A stretch of DNA of 32,000 bases from Propionibacterium ruminifibrarum (GCF_900289195.1 NZ_OMOH01000002.1:345982-377981); one strand, 5' to 3'; counted from the first letter of the stretch, positions 17,374 through 28,494 are shown. The notes: generated by a model from the sequence alone, not told the origin. Program-made: numbers and translations.

Positions 17374-20106
17374 TCACCAGCGGGTACGCCGCACCCACGC
17401 CAGGGCCGAGTCCTCGCCCAGGGGCGATGTGCCGCGGACCGCCGCGAGCAGGCCGGCTCCGATCGCACGGCCGGTGTAGACGGCCGCTCCCCCACCGACG
17501 TGCTCGCCCCACGCGGCGGCGAACAGGTCGGCGTGGGCTCGCGAATCGGCCAGGACCGTCGGCACGGCGTGCCAGTTCTCGGCGAGCGAACCGGTCAGGC
17601 CCCGCACGGCCAGGGGGCCGCAGAGGCCCGGCCCCAGGCGCCAGCGGTTGATGAGATAGCGGGCATCGGCGCCGACCGGCCCGATGACCTCGGCCAGGGC
17701 CTGGACGAAGACCTCGGCCTGGCCCGGCCCCGCGTCGGACAGGCTGAATCGCAGCTCGCCGTCCGGGGCGACCTCGGTGGCCAGGGCGGCCGGGGCGTCC
17801 ACCAGGCCGGCGCCGCGCAGGGCGGCGAGGACGGTCTGCGCATAGTCGACCAGGCCCGGTTCGCGGCGGGCCCGCCGCCCCAGGCTCCAGGCCCGCCGGC
17901 CGGCGAGGGCGGCAGCGGCGCCGGACGCGGCCAGGGCGAGCGGCGTCGCCCCGGCGAGGAAGCAGAGCAGGCCGCCCACGGCGAGGGCGACGGCGCACGC
18001 GGCGCCGGCCCTGCCGGGCCTGGAACGCTCCCGGCCCGGCACGACGAGTCCGTGCCCGTCCCAGGCGAGGCGGTCGTCGGGGGCGACGGTGAGCACCGGT
18101 CCGCGATCCCGCCGGCCGGCGGCGGGGGTGATGCGCAGTTCGCTGCGTGGGAAGCCATCGGGGTCGACGCCGGCCCAGGCCCGCCGGATCCGGCCCGGGT
18201 GCTCGGCGCGGACCAGCGCAGCGGCATTGGCGGCGTCGAAGAGTTCGGCCGGCGGCGGGGCGTAGGGCGAGAAACGCGAGTCGAGATGGGCCACCTGGTC
18301 GACGATCTCGCCCGTCTCGTCGGGGGCGAACCAGCCGTCGTGCTTGCGCACCAGGCGTCGCCAGTCGCCGTCGCCCTGCAGGTGGTCCGGCGCGACGGCG
18401 CAGACCGACCAGTTGACGGCGACCTTGTCCGGGCGGCCCGGGTCGCGGCGCAGTGCCCGGCCGCGGGTCTGGACGACGGCGGTGCCGGTGGTGGCCGAGC
18501 CGAGGTCGACGACGCCGGTGATCGACGGCGCGTCCCAGCCCTCGCCGAGCAGCGCGCGGGTGCCGACGAGCACGCGGCAGGCGCCGGACTCGATCATGGC
18601 CGTGGCGGACCGCACCCAGGCCGGCGGCCCCCAGCCGGTGACCCGCAGGAGACCGTCGTCCAGGCGCTCGGCCCCCAGCCCGTCCCCGCTCCCGAGCCCG
18701 GCCGCGGTCTCGATGAGCCGGGCGGCGGCGCCGGCCGGGCCGGCGACGAGCCCGCCGGTGACGAGCAGTGGGTTGGCCGTCGACACGCGGGGGTCTGCCG
18801 CCAGCAGGGCGGCGACCCGTCGGGCCGACCCGGACTGCTCCGAGATGGCCCCGGCGACGTCGGCCGGCAGCGTCGCTGCCTCGGCGTGGTCGCAGAGCAC
18901 GAGCAGACGCGCCTGCGGATCGGCGGCCAGCGTCGCCGCGACGATCTCGACGGCGCCGCGGGCCTTGGCGTCGCTGCGCGCCAGGACGCGCTGCACGGCG
19001 GGGACGCCCGGGGTGATGCCGTGCCTGCCCAGCCGGTGGTCCAGGCCAGGCAGGAGCGCGCGCAACCGCTCGATGGTCGTCGCGTCCCGCGGGTCGTCGG
19101 AGCGGCGCAGGCAGTGCGCCCACCAGTCCTGGGCGATGGCCAGCCAGTCCTCCAGGCCCGGCGCGGCTCTCGTGGCCTCGCCCAGAACCGCCTGCGGGGG
19201 CATCGACAGGTGGCCTGCGTGGGCGAGGCGCAGGACGGCGTCGGCCAGGACGGGGTCCGTACGGCTCGTCGTGGACCAGTCCCGTGACAGGACGCCCCAA
19301 CGCTGCTCCGCCCACGCCAGCAGGCCGGTGGAGGCGATCGCGGGATCGGTCAGCCAGGCGATGAACTCGGCGGTTCGGGTGGCGCGCCCGGCGAGCCACT
19401 CGGTCTCCGTCTCGGTCGGGCGAGTGAGCCAGACCAGTTCGACGAAGGGCGCCAGCTCGCCGCGGGCCACCAGTGGCGGCACGGCCACCTGGGCGACCGG
19501 TTCGCCGATGACGGCCCGCATCTGCTCGGCCTCGGCCCTGCTCATCCGGGACGGTGGTGTGGCGGTCAGGCCGATCACCTCGGTGCGGCCGGCCCGGTCG
19601 AGCACGTGAGCCAGCAGTTCGCCCCACAGCGCGAGGAGGTGGTGGCACTCGTCGAGGACGATGGTGAAGGGCCCGCGCCGGGTCATCTCGGCCAGGACCC
19701 GTTCCCCGGCCGGGCTGAGCCGTGCCGGCGCGTCCTCGTCCCCGTCGTCGCCGCGGCCGACGAGGGCCTGGTAGGTGAGAACGGTCAGGTCCGTGGGCAG
19801 CGCGGCGTCGGTGGTGGCCCGCCGGCGGCCGGTGGCGGCGAACCGAGCGGCCTCACCCAGCCAGACCGAGCGGACGGCGGTGTTGGGCACGAGGACGAGC
19901 ACGGGCCGTCCCGAGGCGAGGGCGTGGGCCAGTCCGACGGCCGTCTTGCCCGCGCCGGGCGGCAGACTCACCCAGACCCTTTCCCGGCCCTGCTCCCGCG
20001 CCGCCGCCAGGGCCTCGAGGGCGGAGGCCTGGTGCTCCCGCCACGGCCATGGTGCGCCGGGCAGGGCGCCGGCCGGCCCCTCTTCTCGCCCGGGTCCGTC
20101 GGTCAT
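17374..20106 (-). CDS. SF2 (DEAD/DEAH, ResIII-like) helicase family protein with a hydrophobic hairpin and an unknown C-terminal domain (910 aa from ATG 20106; 929 aa if from 20163)
   Basis: Motif I LPPGAGKT, motif II VLDECHH, motif III GLTATP, motif [13 protein letters not shown]. The hydrophobic stretch [35 protein letters not shown] lies at 17899-18012. Starting at 20163 would overlap dxr by 41 nt. Confidence 0.8.
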   Translation of the reverse strand: MTDGPGREEGPAGALPGAPWPWREHQASALEALAAAREQGRERVWVSLPPGAGKTAVGLAHALASGRPVLVLVPNTAVRSVWLGEAARFAATGRRRATTDAALPTDLTVLTYQALVGRGDDGDEDAPARLSPAGERVLAEMTRRGPFTIVLDECHHLLALWGELLAHVLDRAGRTEVIGLTATPPSRMSRAEAEQMRAVIGEPVAQVAVPPLVARGELAPFVELVWLTRPTETETEWLAGRATRTAEFIAWLTDPAIASTGLLAWAEQRWGVLSRDWSTTSRTDPVLADAVLRLAHAGHLSMPPQAVLGEATRAAPGLEDWLAIAQDWWAHCLRRSDDPRDATTIERLRALLPGLDHRLGRHGITPGVPAVQRVLARSDAKARGAVEIVAATLAADPQARLLVLCDHAEAATLPADVAGAISEQSGSARRVAALLAADPRVSTANPLLVTGGLVAGPAGAAARLIETAAGLGSGDGLGAERLDDGLLRVTGWGPPAWVRSATAMIESGACRVLVGTRALLGEGWDAPSITGVVDLGSATTGTAVVQTRGRALRRDPGRPDKVAVNWSVCAVAPDHLQGDGDWRRLVRKHDGWFAPDETGEIVDQVAHLDSRFSPYAPPPAELFDAANAAALVRAEHPGRIRRAWAGVDPDGFPRSELRITPAAGRRDRGPVLTVAPDDRLAWDGHGLVVPGRERSRPGRAGAACAVALAVGGLLCFLAGATPLALAASGAAAALAGRRAWSLGRRARREPGLVDYAQTVLAALRGAGLVDAPAALATEVAPDGELRFSLSDAGPGQAEVFVQALAEVIGPVGADARYLINRWRLGPGLCGPLAVRGLTGSLAENWHAVPTVLADSRAHADLFAAAWGEHVGGGAAVYTGRAIGAGLLAAVRGTSPLGEDSALAWVRRTRW

Positions 20107-20122
20107 GGTCGGGCTCTCGTCC

Positions 20123-21292
20123 TCAGCGGCACAGCTGGGCTGCGCGACGGCGCGCCCAGGCATCGGCCGCCAGGACCGCCTCGACGCTCAGCCCGTCGTC
20201 GCCCACGTGTCCGGAGGCGAGGTGCTCGTCGAGGACGCGGGCGATCGTGTCGGTGATGGCGAGGAAGCCCACCCGCCCCTCGCAGAAGGCGTCGACGCAG
20301 ATCTCGTTGGCCCCGTTGAGGACGGCCGGTGCGGTGCCGCCCGCCCGGCCCGCGCGGCGGGCCAGGTCGACGGCCGGGAAGGTCTGCGAGTCGAGCGGCT
20401 CGAAGGTCCAGGCGGTGGCCTGCGACCAGTCGCAGCCGGCGGCCGCGTCGGGCATGCGGTCGGGCCAGGTCAGCGCCAGCCCGATGGGCAGCCTCATGTC
20501 TGGAGGGGAGGCCTGCATGATCGTGGCGCCGTCGTAGAACTCGACCCCGGAGTGGACCACCGACTGCGGGTGGACGACGACGGTGATGTCGTCGGGGTCG
20601 ACGTCGTAGAGCAGGGCTGCCTCGAGCAGTTCGAGCCCCTTGTTGACGAGGGTGGCCGAGTTGATGGTGATGACGCGGCCCATGCGCCAGGTGGGATGGG
20701 CCAGGGCCTGCTCCGGCGTCACGTCGGCGAGCTGGGCGCGGGTCATGCCGCGGAAGGGACCGCCGGAGGCGGTGAGTACGAGCCGGCGCACCTCGCGGCC
20801 GCCTCCACCGCGCAGGCACTGGGCGAAGGCGGAGTGCTCGGAGTCCACGGCGACCAGCTGGCCGGGGCGGGCCCTGTCGGCGACCAGGTGGCCGCCGATG
20901 ACGAGGGACTCCTTGTTGGCCAGGGCCAGTGTCGTCCCCGCGTCCAGCGCGGCGAGGGTGGCCATGAGGCCGGCCGAGCCGGTGATGGCGTTGAGGACGA
21001 CGTCGGCGTTCATGGCCGCCAGTTCCTCGTTGGCCGCCGGCCCACAGACGAGGGCGGGCCGGTCCGTGCCACCGGCGGCCTCGAAGGCGGTCCAGAACTC
21101 GTCCTCGTGCCCTTCGGCGGCGATGCCGACCACCTGCGGTGCGAAGCGCGCCGCCTGCTCGGCGAGCCGGGCGACCTGGCCTCCGCCCGCGCTCAGCGCG
21201 ACGATGCGGAATCCGTCCCGCCTGGCGTCGACCACCTCGCAGGTCTGTGTTCCGATCGAACCGGTACTGCCCAGAAGCACAACATCTCGCAC
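20123..21292 (-). CDS. dxr: 1-deoxy-D-xylulose 5-phosphate reductoisomerase
   Basis: Contains VVLLGSTGSIGTQT (NADPH site), LANKESLV and VDSEHSA. The GTG at 21292 gives a family-typical N-terminus. The ATG at 21361 is the maximal alternative. Confidence 0.92.
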   Translation of the reverse strand: MRDVVLLGSTGSIGTQTCEVVDARRDGFRIVALSAGGGQVARLAEQAARFAPQVVGIAAEGHEDEFWTAFEAAGGTDRPALVCGPAANEELAAMNADVVLNAITGSAGLMATLAALDAGTTLALANKESLVIGGHLVADRARPGQLVAVDSEHSAFAQCLRGGGGREVRRLVLTASGGPFRGMTRAQLADVTPEQALAHPTWRMGRVITINSATLVNKGLELLEAALLYDVDPDDITVVVHPQSVVHSGVEFYDGATIMQASPPDMRLPIGLALTWPDRMPDAAAGCDWSQATAWTFEPLDSQTFPAVDLARRAGRAGGTAPAVLNGANEICVDAFCEGRVGFLAITDTIARVLDEHLASGHVGDDGLSVEAVLAADAWARRRAAQLCR

Positions 21293-21417
21293 CTGCGTGA
21301 TTATGGCCCCGATCCCCCGCTCGGCGGAAACCGGGCAGGACCGCGCGATGACAAGGGCCACCGGCTGGGAATTGACCCGGTTTCATGCACATATGCCCGC
21401 ATGGGCGGCCGGAGGGC

Positions 21418-22584
21418 TCAGTCGCGGCCTGCGCCGGCGCGGTGACCGGCGGTGCGGGCGGGCCTGCCGGGGGTCCGGCGGGAGACCGGGCCGCCGTCGA
21501 TCGTGGCGGCCAGCTGGCCGCAGGCGCCGTCGATCTCACGGCCGCGGGTGTCACGCACGGTCACCGGGATGCCGTGGTTCTGAAGGTGACGGACGAAGGC
21601 CTCCTCGTCCTCGCGCCGCGAGGCCGTCCACTTGGAGCCGGGCGTCGGGTTGAGGGGGATGAGGTTGACGTGCACCCAGCCCCAGTCGCCGCGCTCGGCC
21701 AGACGGCGCGCCAGCAGGTCGGCGCGCCAGGCCTGGTCGTTGATGTCCTTGATGAGGGCGTACTCGATCGAGACCCGGCGCCTGGTGACCCGGGCGTACT
21801 CCCAGGCGGCGTCGAGCACCTGGTCGATGTCGAAGTGCTGGTTGAGCGGCACGAGTTCGTCGCGCAGCTCGTCGTCGGGGGCGTGCAGGGAGACGGCCAG
21901 CGTCACCGGGATGCCCTCGTCGGTGAGCTGGCGCATGCGCGGCACCATGCCGACCGTCGAGACGGTGAGGCCGCGGGCCGAGATGCCCAGCCCGTCGGGG
22001 GCCGGGCGCGTGAGCTCCCTGACCGCGGCGAGGACCGAGGCGAAGTTCGCCATCGGCTCACCCATGCCCATGAAGACGACGTTGTTGATGCGCCCCGGCC
22101 CGCCGGGCACCCGGCCCTGGGCGAGCAGCCGAGCGCCGTGGAGGACCTGCGCGACGATCTCCGCGGCCGACAGGTTGCGCTGCAGGCCGCCCTGCCCGGT
22201 GGCGCAGAACGGGCACCCCATCGCGCAGCCGGCCTCTGAGCTGATGCAGATGGTGGTGCGGTGCGGGTAGCGCATGAGCACGGACTCGACGACGGATCCG
22301 TCGTGCAGACGCCAGGCGGTCTTGACCGTGGTGCCGTGGTCGGCGGTGAGTTCCTCGACCGGCTCTATGAGGCGGGGGAAGAAGGTCTCGGCGATCGGCC
22401 CGCGGGAGGCGGCCGACAGGTCCGTCCACTGGGCCGGGTCGTCCTCGAGGCGGGTGAACCAGTGGGTCGAGATCTGCTTGGCGGTGAAGGCCGGCAGGCC
22501 CATGGCCCGGACCGCGTCGACGCGCTCGGCGGGGGTGAGGTCCATCCAGTGCCTCGGCGGGCGCCGCCCGGGTCCCGTCGACAT
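21418..22584 (-). CDS. rlmN: 23S rRNA/tRNA (adenine-C2)-methyltransferase RlmN (radical SAM), 388 aa
   Basis: Radical-SAM cluster [17 protein letters not shown] plus the downstream RlmN blocks ([20 protein letters not shown]). The start is ATG 22584. The rest of the 654-aa track ORF overlaps cdsA out of frame. Confidence 0.92.
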   Translation of the reverse strand: MSTGPGRRPPRHWMDLTPAERVDAVRAMGLPAFTAKQISTHWFTRLEDDPAQWTDLSAASRGPIAETFFPRLIEPVEELTADHGTTVKTAWRLHDGSVVESVLMRYPHRTTICISSEAGCAMGCPFCATGQGGLQRNLSAAEIVAQVLHGARLLAQGRVPGGPGRINNVVFMGMGEPMANFASVLAAVRELTRPAPDGLGISARGLTVSTVGMVPRMRQLTDEGIPVTLAVSLHAPDDELRDELVPLNQHFDIDQVLDAAWEYARVTRRRVSIEYALIKDINDQAWRADLLARRLAERGDWGWVHVNLIPLNPTPGSKWTASRREDEEAFVRHLQNHGIPVTVRDTRGREIDGACGQLAATIDGGPVSRRTPGRPARTAGHRAGAGRD

Positions 22585-22631
22585 GATCTGCTCGACGGTG
22601 AGGGTCGTGGCGGGCTCGTGGCTGCGTTGGT

Positions 22632-23507
22632 TCACACCACGAGAAGGTACATCACGAACCAAGCGGCCGGAGCGGCCAGGATGAGCGAGTCGAGGCGGTC
22701 CATCGCTCCCCCGTGCCCGGGCAGAACGTGCGACATGTCCTTGATGCCGGCGTCGCGTTTGATCGCCGATTCGACCAGGTCGCCCAGGGCGCCGACGGCG
22801 CCGACGACGACGCCCATCAGGGCGCCCACCCAGACGGGGGCGTGGAGGACGAGGCGGACGGAGAGGGCGCCGGCCACGAGGGCGGCGAGCAGGCCGCCGG
22901 TCAGGCCCTCCCAGCTCTTGGCGGGGCTGACCTTCGGAGCCATCTTGTGCCGGCCGAACATCACCCCGAAGGCGAAGGCCCCGGTGTCGCAGGCGATGAC
23001 GGCGATGAGGAAGCACAGCACACGGCCGGCGCCGTGGTCGTCGGCGAGCATGAGCGTGCAGGTGGAGCCGAGCAGCGGCAGGTAGCCGATGGTGAAGACG
23101 CTGGCGGCGGCGTCCTTGACGAACCCGTCCGTGCCCCTGGGGACACGAACCAGCAGCGCGGCGATCACCATGAGGGCGAGCATCCCGATGATCACTCCCA
23201 TCGCCCGCTCGCGCTCCCCCGCCGCGAACAGGGCGTAGGAGGCGAGGACGAGGATGGGGGTGCCGATGAGGATCGGCCACCGGGCCGGGTGGGCGCCGGT
23301 CCTCTCGAGGGCGTTGCACACCTCCCAGCAGCCGGCGGTCAGGGCGACCGCGATGAACAGGGCGAATCCCCAGTGCCACCACGCCAGGGTGACGATGACG
23401 ATCGCGCCGAGGACGACGCCGGTCGTGATGGCGACCGGCAGATTGCGGCCCGTCCGGTGTGAGTGGGCGGACCGGCCGCCGGCCGCCGTCGAATCCGTGG
23501 AGGTCAT
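22632..23507 (-). CDS. cdsA: Phosphatidate cytidylyltransferase CdsA
   Basis: Multi-span membrane protein with the C-terminal signature [28 protein letters not shown]. Confidence 0.9.
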   Translation of the reverse strand: MTSTDSTAAGGRSAHSHRTGRNLPVAITTGVVLGAIVIVTLAWWHWGFALFIAVALTAGCWEVCNALERTGAHPARWPILIGTPILVLASYALFAAGERERAMGVIIGMLALMVIAALLVRVPRGTDGFVKDAAASVFTIGYLPLLGSTCTLMLADDHGAGRVLCFLIAVIACDTGAFAFGVMFGRHKMAPKVSPAKSWEGLTGGLLAALVAGALSVRLVLHAPVWVGALMGVVVGAVGALGDLVESAIKRDAGIKDMSHVLPGHGGAMDRLDSLILAAPAAWFVMYLLVV

Positions 23508-23520
23508 GGTGCGGGTGCCC

Positions 23521-24078
23521 TCAGACGGACATCAGCTCCTTCTCCTTGGCCTTGAGCAGGTCGTCGATCTGGGCGACGTGCTTCTTCGTGGTGGCGTCGA
23601 GGTTCTTCTCGGCGCGCTTGGCCTCGTCCTCGCCGATCTCCTTGTCCTTGGCCTTCTTCTTGATGGCCTCGAGCGCGTGGTGACGGTGGCCGCGGATCGC
23701 GACGCGGGCCTCCTCCGCCTTGCTCCGCACGATCTTGGTGTACTCCTTGCGGCGCTCCTCGGTGAGCTCGGGCAGGACGCAGCGGATCGAGGTGCCGTCG
23801 CTGGCGGGATTGACCCCGAGATCGGAGTCGCGCACGGCCCGTTCGATGGCACCCAGCGCGCCCTTGTCGTAGGGCGTGATGAGCATGGTGCGGGGCTCGG
23901 GGGAGCTGAAGGAGGCCAGCTGCTGGAGCGGGGTCGGCGTGCCGTAGTAGTCGGCCTCGATCTTGTTGAACATGGCCGGGTTGGCCCGGCCGGTGCGTAC
24001 GGTGGCGAAATCCTCCCTGGCGAAGGCGATGGTGCCCTCCATCTTCTTCTCGGCGCCCTTGATGATGTCTGCCGTCAC
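23521..24078 (-). CDS. frr: Ribosome recycling factor
   Basis: 185 aa. Contains RTGRANPAMFNKIEADYYGTPTPLQQLAS, LPELTEERRKEY and the frr-typical C-terminal helix. Confidence 0.96.
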   Translation of the reverse strand: MTADIIKGAEKKMEGTIAFAREDFATVRTGRANPAMFNKIEADYYGTPTPLQQLASFSSPEPRTMLITPYDKGALGAIERAVRDSDLGVNPASDGTSIRCVLPELTEERRKEYTKIVRSKAEEARVAIRGHRHHALEAIKKKAKDKEIGEDEAKRAEKNLDATTKKHVAQIDDLLKAKEKELMSV

Positions 24079-24113
24079 GATGGTTCCTTTCGCAAGAGTG
24101 GTGCACCTGCCGA

Positions 24114-24872
24114 TCAGCAGTGCACGAGGGTGCCGATCTTCTCGCCGCGCACAGCCCGCATGATGTTGTCGGGGTCGTCGAGGTTGAAGAAGATCATGTT
24201 GAGATTGTTGTCGCGGGCGAGGCTGACGGCCGTCGCGTCGGCGACCTTGAGGTCCCGGGCGATGAACTCGTCGTAGCTGAGGTCGGAGAACATGGTGGCG
24301 TTCGGGTCGGTGCGCGGGTCGGCGTCGTAGACGCCGTCGACGCCGTTCTTGGCCATGAGGAGCACCTCGGCGCCGATCTCGAGGGCCCGCTGGGCGGCGA
24401 CCGTGTCCGTCGAGAAGTAGGGCATCCCGGAGCCGGCGCCGAAGATGACGATACGGCCCTTCTCCATGTGCCGTTCGGCGCGGCGGGGGATGTAGGACTC
24501 GGCGACCTGCCCCATGGTGATGGCGCTCTGCACGCGGGTGGGCACGCCCTCCTTCTCGCAGAAGTCCTGCAGGGCCAGCGAGTTCATGACGGTGCCGAGC
24601 ATGCCGATGTAGTCGGCGCGGTCGCGGTCCATGCCACCGGCCTGCAGTTCGGCCCCGCGGAAGTAGTTGCCGCCGCCGACGACGACCGAGATCTGCGTGC
24701 CGGCCCTCGTCACAGCGACGATCTGCTTGGCGATGGCGCGGACCGTGTGCGGGTCGACGCCGAGCTTCCCGTTTCCGAAGGCCTCGCCGGAGAGCTTGAG
24801 CAAGACACGGTGGAAGGGTTCGGGCACGTTGTCCTCCTGGTCAGTGATCGACGCGGTCACGGTGCTGTGCAC
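24114..24872 (-). CDS. pyrH: UMP kinase
   Basis: Contains [22 protein letters not shown] and [16 protein letters not shown]. Confidence 0.95.
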   Translation of the reverse strand: MHSTVTASITDQEDNVPEPFHRVLLKLSGEAFGNGKLGVDPHTVRAIAKQIVAVTRAGTQISVVVGGGNYFRGAELQAGGMDRDRADYIGMLGTVMNSLALQDFCEKEGVPTRVQSAITMGQVAESYIPRRAERHMEKGRIVIFGAGSGMPYFSTDTVAAQRALEIGAEVLLMAKNGVDGVYDADPRTDPNATMFSDLSYDEFIARDLKVADATAVSLARDNNLNMIFFNLDDPDNIMRAVRGEKIGTLVHC

Positions 24873-25112
24873 ACTCTACCGGGTGGGCGACGGCGCCGGG
24901 GCCCGCCGGAAGGGGCGGGCGGCCGGTCGGTGGGTTCACGGGCGGACCGCACCGGCCCAGGACGGCGGGAGCCCTTCCACCGTGGGCGACCGGCGCATCG
25001 CGGGGCGACCCACCGGCCCGGCCGCCGAACGCCTCGTCCGCGTCGGGGCAGGCCCGCCATGGGGCTTCTCGCCATCGGTCGTGGACCCGTCTGGCACGCG
25101 GCCCGGAACGCG

Positions 25113-25149
25113 CAGGGGCCCCACCCGGGTGTTCCGGATGGGGCCCCTG
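25113..25149 (-). terminator. GC hairpin downstream of tsf (putative terminator/attenuator before pyrH)
   Basis: Perfect 11-bp stem: CAGGGGCCCCA (25113-25123) pairs with TGGGGCCCCTG (25139-25149), with a 15-nt loop. There is no clear T tract. Confidence 0.4.
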
Positions 25150-25179
25150 CAGGCCGTCGGCGGACGGTTCTCGGTGGGC

Positions 25180-25992
25180 TCAGGCGGCCGCCGCGAAGCG
25201 CACGAAACGCGTCACCGTAACGCCGTGCTCGGCGGCCAGGGCGCCGACCGTCTTCTTGTCGTCGGCGACGCTGGCCTGCTCGAGCAGGCAGACGTCCTTG
25301 TAGAAGGCGTTGACGCGGCCCTCGACGATGCGCGGGATGATCTTCTCGGGCTTGCCCTCCTCCTTGGCGGTCTCCTCGGCGATGCGCTGCTCCTTGGCGA
25401 GCACGTCGGCGGGCACGTCCTCGCGGGCGAGGTACTGGGGGCTCATCGAGGCGATCTGCAGGGCGACCGAGTGGACGAATTCGGCGTCATCGCCCTCGTA
25501 GGAGACGACCACGCCGACCTGCGGGGGCAGGTCGGGGTTGCGCTTGTGCAGGTAGACGTCGATGGAGCCGGGGAGGTAGGCGGCGTCGGCCAGTTCGATC
25601 TTCTCGCCGATCTTGGCGGCGATCTCGGCCACGGCCTCGCTGACGGTCCGCCCGTCGGCGAGCGTGGCCTGCAGGGCGGCCTCCTTGCCGTCGGCCCCGG
25701 CGGCGTCGACGGCCTTCGCGATGGCCTCGCCGAGCTCGATGAACTCGGCGTTCTTGGCGACGAAGTCGGTCTCGGAGCCGAGGTGGATCAGGGCATTGCC
25801 GGAGGAGGCGACCAGGCCATTGGCGGCCTCGCGGTCGGCGCGCTTGGCGGCCTTGGCGGCGCCACTCACGCGCAGGATCTCGACGGCCTTCTCGAAGTCG
25901 CCGTCGGCCTCGGTGAGGGCCTTCTTGGCGTCCATCATGCCGGCGCCGGTGGCGTCGCGCAGCTTCTTCACATCAGCGGCTGTGATTGCCAT
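25180..25992 (-). CDS. tsf: Elongation factor Ts, 270 aa
   Basis: Contains [26 protein letters not shown] (UBA-like N-terminus) and [11 protein letters not shown]. Only the last 270 codons of the 1086-aa track ORF are genuine. Confidence 0.96.
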   Translation of the reverse strand: MAITAADVKKLRDATGAGMMDAKKALTEADGDFEKAVEILRVSGAAKAAKRADREAANGLVASSGNALIHLGSETDFVAKNAEFIELGEAIAKAVDAAGADGKEAALQATLADGRTVSEAVAEIAAKIGEKIELADAAYLPGSIDVYLHKRNPDLPPQVGVVVSYEGDDAEFVHSVALQIASMSPQYLAREDVPADVLAKEQRIAEETAKEEGKPEKIIPRIVEGRVNAFYKDVCLLEQASVADDKKTVGALAAEHGVTVTRFVRFAAAA

Positions 25993-26021
25993 GTGGGTAT
26001 CCGTTCTCAGAAGTTCGTGGG

Positions 26022-26879
26022 TCACTCGGGATTGGGGGCCTCGGCCGCGGCCTCGGCGACCTCCGCGTTCAGCCGGCCGGCCTCGGGGTCGGTCTGTTCG
26101 GTCTGCTCGGCCTGGTCGCCGGACTCGAGGAGTTCCTTCTCCCACTCGGCCATGGGCTCGGCGGCGGCACCGGCCTGGGCCTGGGCGTCGGAGCGGGCCA
26201 GCAGGCCCTCGGCGCAGGCGTCGGCGATGATGCGCGTGAGCAGGGAGACCGAGCGGATGGCGTCGTCGTTGCCGGGGATCGGGTGGTCGACCTCGTCGGG
26301 ATCGCAGTTGGTGTCGAGGATGGCCACGACGGGGATGCGCAGCTTGCGGGCCTCGTCGATGGCCAGGTGCTCCTTCTTCGTGTCGACGATCCACACGGCC
26401 TGCGGGGTCCTGGCCATGTCGCGGATGCCGCCGAGGGACTTGGTCAGCTTCTCCTTCTCGCGGGAGAAGCCGAGCAGCTCCTTCTTGGTGAATCCGCCGG
26501 GCTGGACGGTCTCGAGGTCCATGGCCTCCAGTTCCTTGAGGCGGGCGATGCGCTTGCTGATGGTCTGGAAGTTGGTGAGCATGCCGCCGAGCCAGCGCTG
26601 GTTGACGAAGGGCATGCCGACGCGCAGCGCCTGCTCCTCGATCGACTCCTGGGCCTGCTTCTTCGTGCCGACGAAGAGAACCTGGCCGCCCTTGGCGACG
26701 GTCTCCTTGACGAAGGTGTAGGCGCTGTCGATGTAGGTCAGGGACTGGCGCAGGTCGATGATGTAGATGCCGTTGCGCTCGTTGAAGATGAAGCGCTTCA
26801 TCTTCGGGTTCCAGCGGCGGGTCTGGTGCCCGAAGTGGACACCGCTCTCCAGCAGCTGGCGTGTCGTGACGACGGCCAT
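26022..26879 (-). CDS. rpsB: 30S ribosomal protein S2 with acidic C-terminal extension, 285 aa
   Basis: Contains [27 protein letters not shown]. The ATG at 26879 is preceded by AAAGGAGA. The upstream 44 codons of the track ORF were rejected. Confidence 0.96.
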   Translation of the reverse strand: MAVVTTRQLLESGVHFGHQTRRWNPKMKRFIFNERNGIYIIDLRQSLTYIDSAYTFVKETVAKGGQVLFVGTKKQAQESIEEQALRVGMPFVNQRWLGGMLTNFQTISKRIARLKELEAMDLETVQPGGFTKKELLGFSREKEKLTKSLGGIRDMARTPQAVWIVDTKKEHLAIDEARKLRIPVVAILDTNCDPDEVDHPIPGNDDAIRSVSLLTRIIADACAEGLLARSDAQAQAGAAAEPMAEWEKELLESGDQAEQTEQTDPEAGRLNAEVAEAAAEAPNPE

Positions 26880-27423
26880 TGCCGTCTCCTTTCGTGGTTG
26901 TCGGACGCGGTTGCCCGCTTCCCCTGATGCGCTCGCCCCGGCACCTCGGGCCTGACGCCCTCGGACCACACCGGGAACCGCGGCCGCGTGGTCGCGACCG
27001 TTTCCGCGCATGCGAAGTCAGCCCGCCCGTGCGGACTGCGCCGATCAGTCTACGTTGCCCGGCGCACCGGGGGAAATCGGTGACCCGCCGAGGCGCCCAC
27101 CGGTTCCGCCCGGCGGCAGGACCCCCGCGTCGGGCCCGTGGTTCACCGCAGGACCAGGGCCCGGATGCTCCCTGGCACCGTGGGGCCGTGGTGCGGGCCC
27201 TCCCGGGTGCGGACGCGGACGGGGTGCGATCCTCCGCGCCGTCGAGGTGCGGGGCGAGCCCTCCCGCGCGAGCGGGAAACGGAACAACGCCCTGGACGGG
27301 CCGACGGCCCCGCGGAGTCGCCCCGGGCGCGGGCGGGGTTTCCCCCGGCTGCGTCCGGGTCGGAGTTCTCCACAGGCCGCGGCAGGGGCGTGCAACCGGG
27401 CCTGGCGCGCACACACTCCAGTC

Positions 27424-28494
27424 ATGACGAGCACACCTGGCACCTGGAACGACGACGCGCGTGCCGCCTGGCCCGGAGCGGCACGGCACGCCCACCGGCG
27501 GGCCGCGGTTTCGCGGGGGCGGTTCGCGCGCCTGGCCCGGGGCTTCCTCGTGCTGCTGCAGTGTCTCGTCGTGCTCGCCGCCGCCTCGGGCGGCACGGCC
27601 AGGGCCGACGGCACGCGCGTCATCCCGATCGACGGCCCGGTGCTGCGCGGCTTCGACCCGCCGGCCGAGAAGTGGCTGGCCGGTCACCGCGGTGTCGACC
27701 TGGGCGGCATCGACGGCGACGTCGTGCACGCGGCGGCCGACGGCACGGTCACCTTCGTCGGGACGATCGACGGCGTGCAGATGCTCACCGTCACCCACGC
27801 AGGTGGCCTGCGCACCACCTACCAGCCGGTGGCGGCCACCGTCGCCCGGGGCGACCGCGTCATGGCGGGCCAGCAGATCGGCACGCTGCTCACGGGGCAC
27901 TGCCCCGGGCAGGCCTGCCTGCACCTGGGGCTCAAGCGAGGCGACGAGTACCTCGACCCCCTCGCCTGGATCAACCGTGACAAGGGCACCGGCGACGTCA
28001 GCCTGCTGCCCTCGGACGCCGCGGTGCACCAGGTGCTGCCGTCGTGGTGGGTGGAGCGGCTTCGCCGGGCGGCCGCCGACTCGAACGCGAAGGCCCCGGG
28101 CTGGCCCGCCGACGGGCCCGTCACCTCGCCGTTCTCGAATCGGATCAACCCGATCCTCGGCACCTACGAGCTGCACGACGGGCTCGACATCGGCGCCTCG
28201 TGCGGTTCCCCGGTGCGAGCGGCCTGGTCGGGCACGGTCACCTACGCGGCGCCGATGCAGGGCTTCGGCAACCGGGTCGAGGTCGACCACGGCACGATGG
28301 AGGGCCGGCACCGCTCCAGCTCCTACAACCACCTCGCCGACGAGAGCATCGGCTTGGTGCGGGTGGGCGACCACGTCGAGGCCGGCCAGGTGATCGCCTA
28401 CGTCGGCACGACGGGCCTGTCCACCGGCTGCCACCTGCACTTCTCGGTCTACCTGGACGGCACGGCCGTCGATCCCGCGCCGTACCTGCCGTGA
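27424..28494 (+). CDS. Secreted/anchored peptidoglycan endopeptidase with two M23 (LytM) domains, 356 aa
   Basis: Signal/anchor [21 protein letters not shown]. Domain 1 has HRGVD but a degenerate second motif (CLHLG). Domain 2 is canonical (HDGLDIG ... GCHLHFSV). It is divergent from rpsB, as in other actinobacteria. Confidence 0.88.
   Translation: MTSTPGTWNDDARAAWPGAARHAHRRAAVSRGRFARLARGFLVLLQCLVVLAAASGGTARADGTRVIPIDGPVLRGFDPPAEKWLAGHRGVDLGGIDGDVVHAAADGTVTFVGTIDGVQMLTVTHAGGLRTTYQPVAATVARGDRVMAGQQIGTLLTGHCPGQACLHLGLKRGDEYLDPLAWINRDKGTGDVSLLPSDAAVHQVLPSWWVERLRRAAADSNAKAPGWPADGPVTSPFSNRINPILGTYELHDGLDIGASCGSPVRAAWSGTVTYAAPMQGFGNRVEVDHGTMEGRHRSSSYNHLADESIGLVRVGDHVEAGQVIAYVGTTGLSTGCHLHFSVYLDGTAVDPAPYLP

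Noticed and set aside
17360-19648. 762-aa minus-strand ORF, together with the 856-aa plus-strand ORF at 16717-19287 and the 421-aa ORF at 18344-19609, all overlapping the helicase/ispG genes
   Set aside because: The products are extremely Arg/Pro/Gly/Ala-rich and lack motifs. These are alternative frames of genes with clear homology, the typical long open frames of about 70% GC DNA.
22585-23382. N-terminal extension of the 654-aa ORF containing rlmN
   Set aside because: It overlaps cdsA, which has a clear CdsA signature, in another frame. RlmN homology begins at MSTGPG (22584).
25993-28440. N-terminal 816 codons of the 1086-aa minus-strand ORF that ends as tsf
   Set aside because: Only the last 270 codons (from [11 protein letters not shown] at 25992) are EF-Ts. 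The upstream part runs antisense or out of frame through rpsB and the M23 gene and is Arg/Pro-rich junk.
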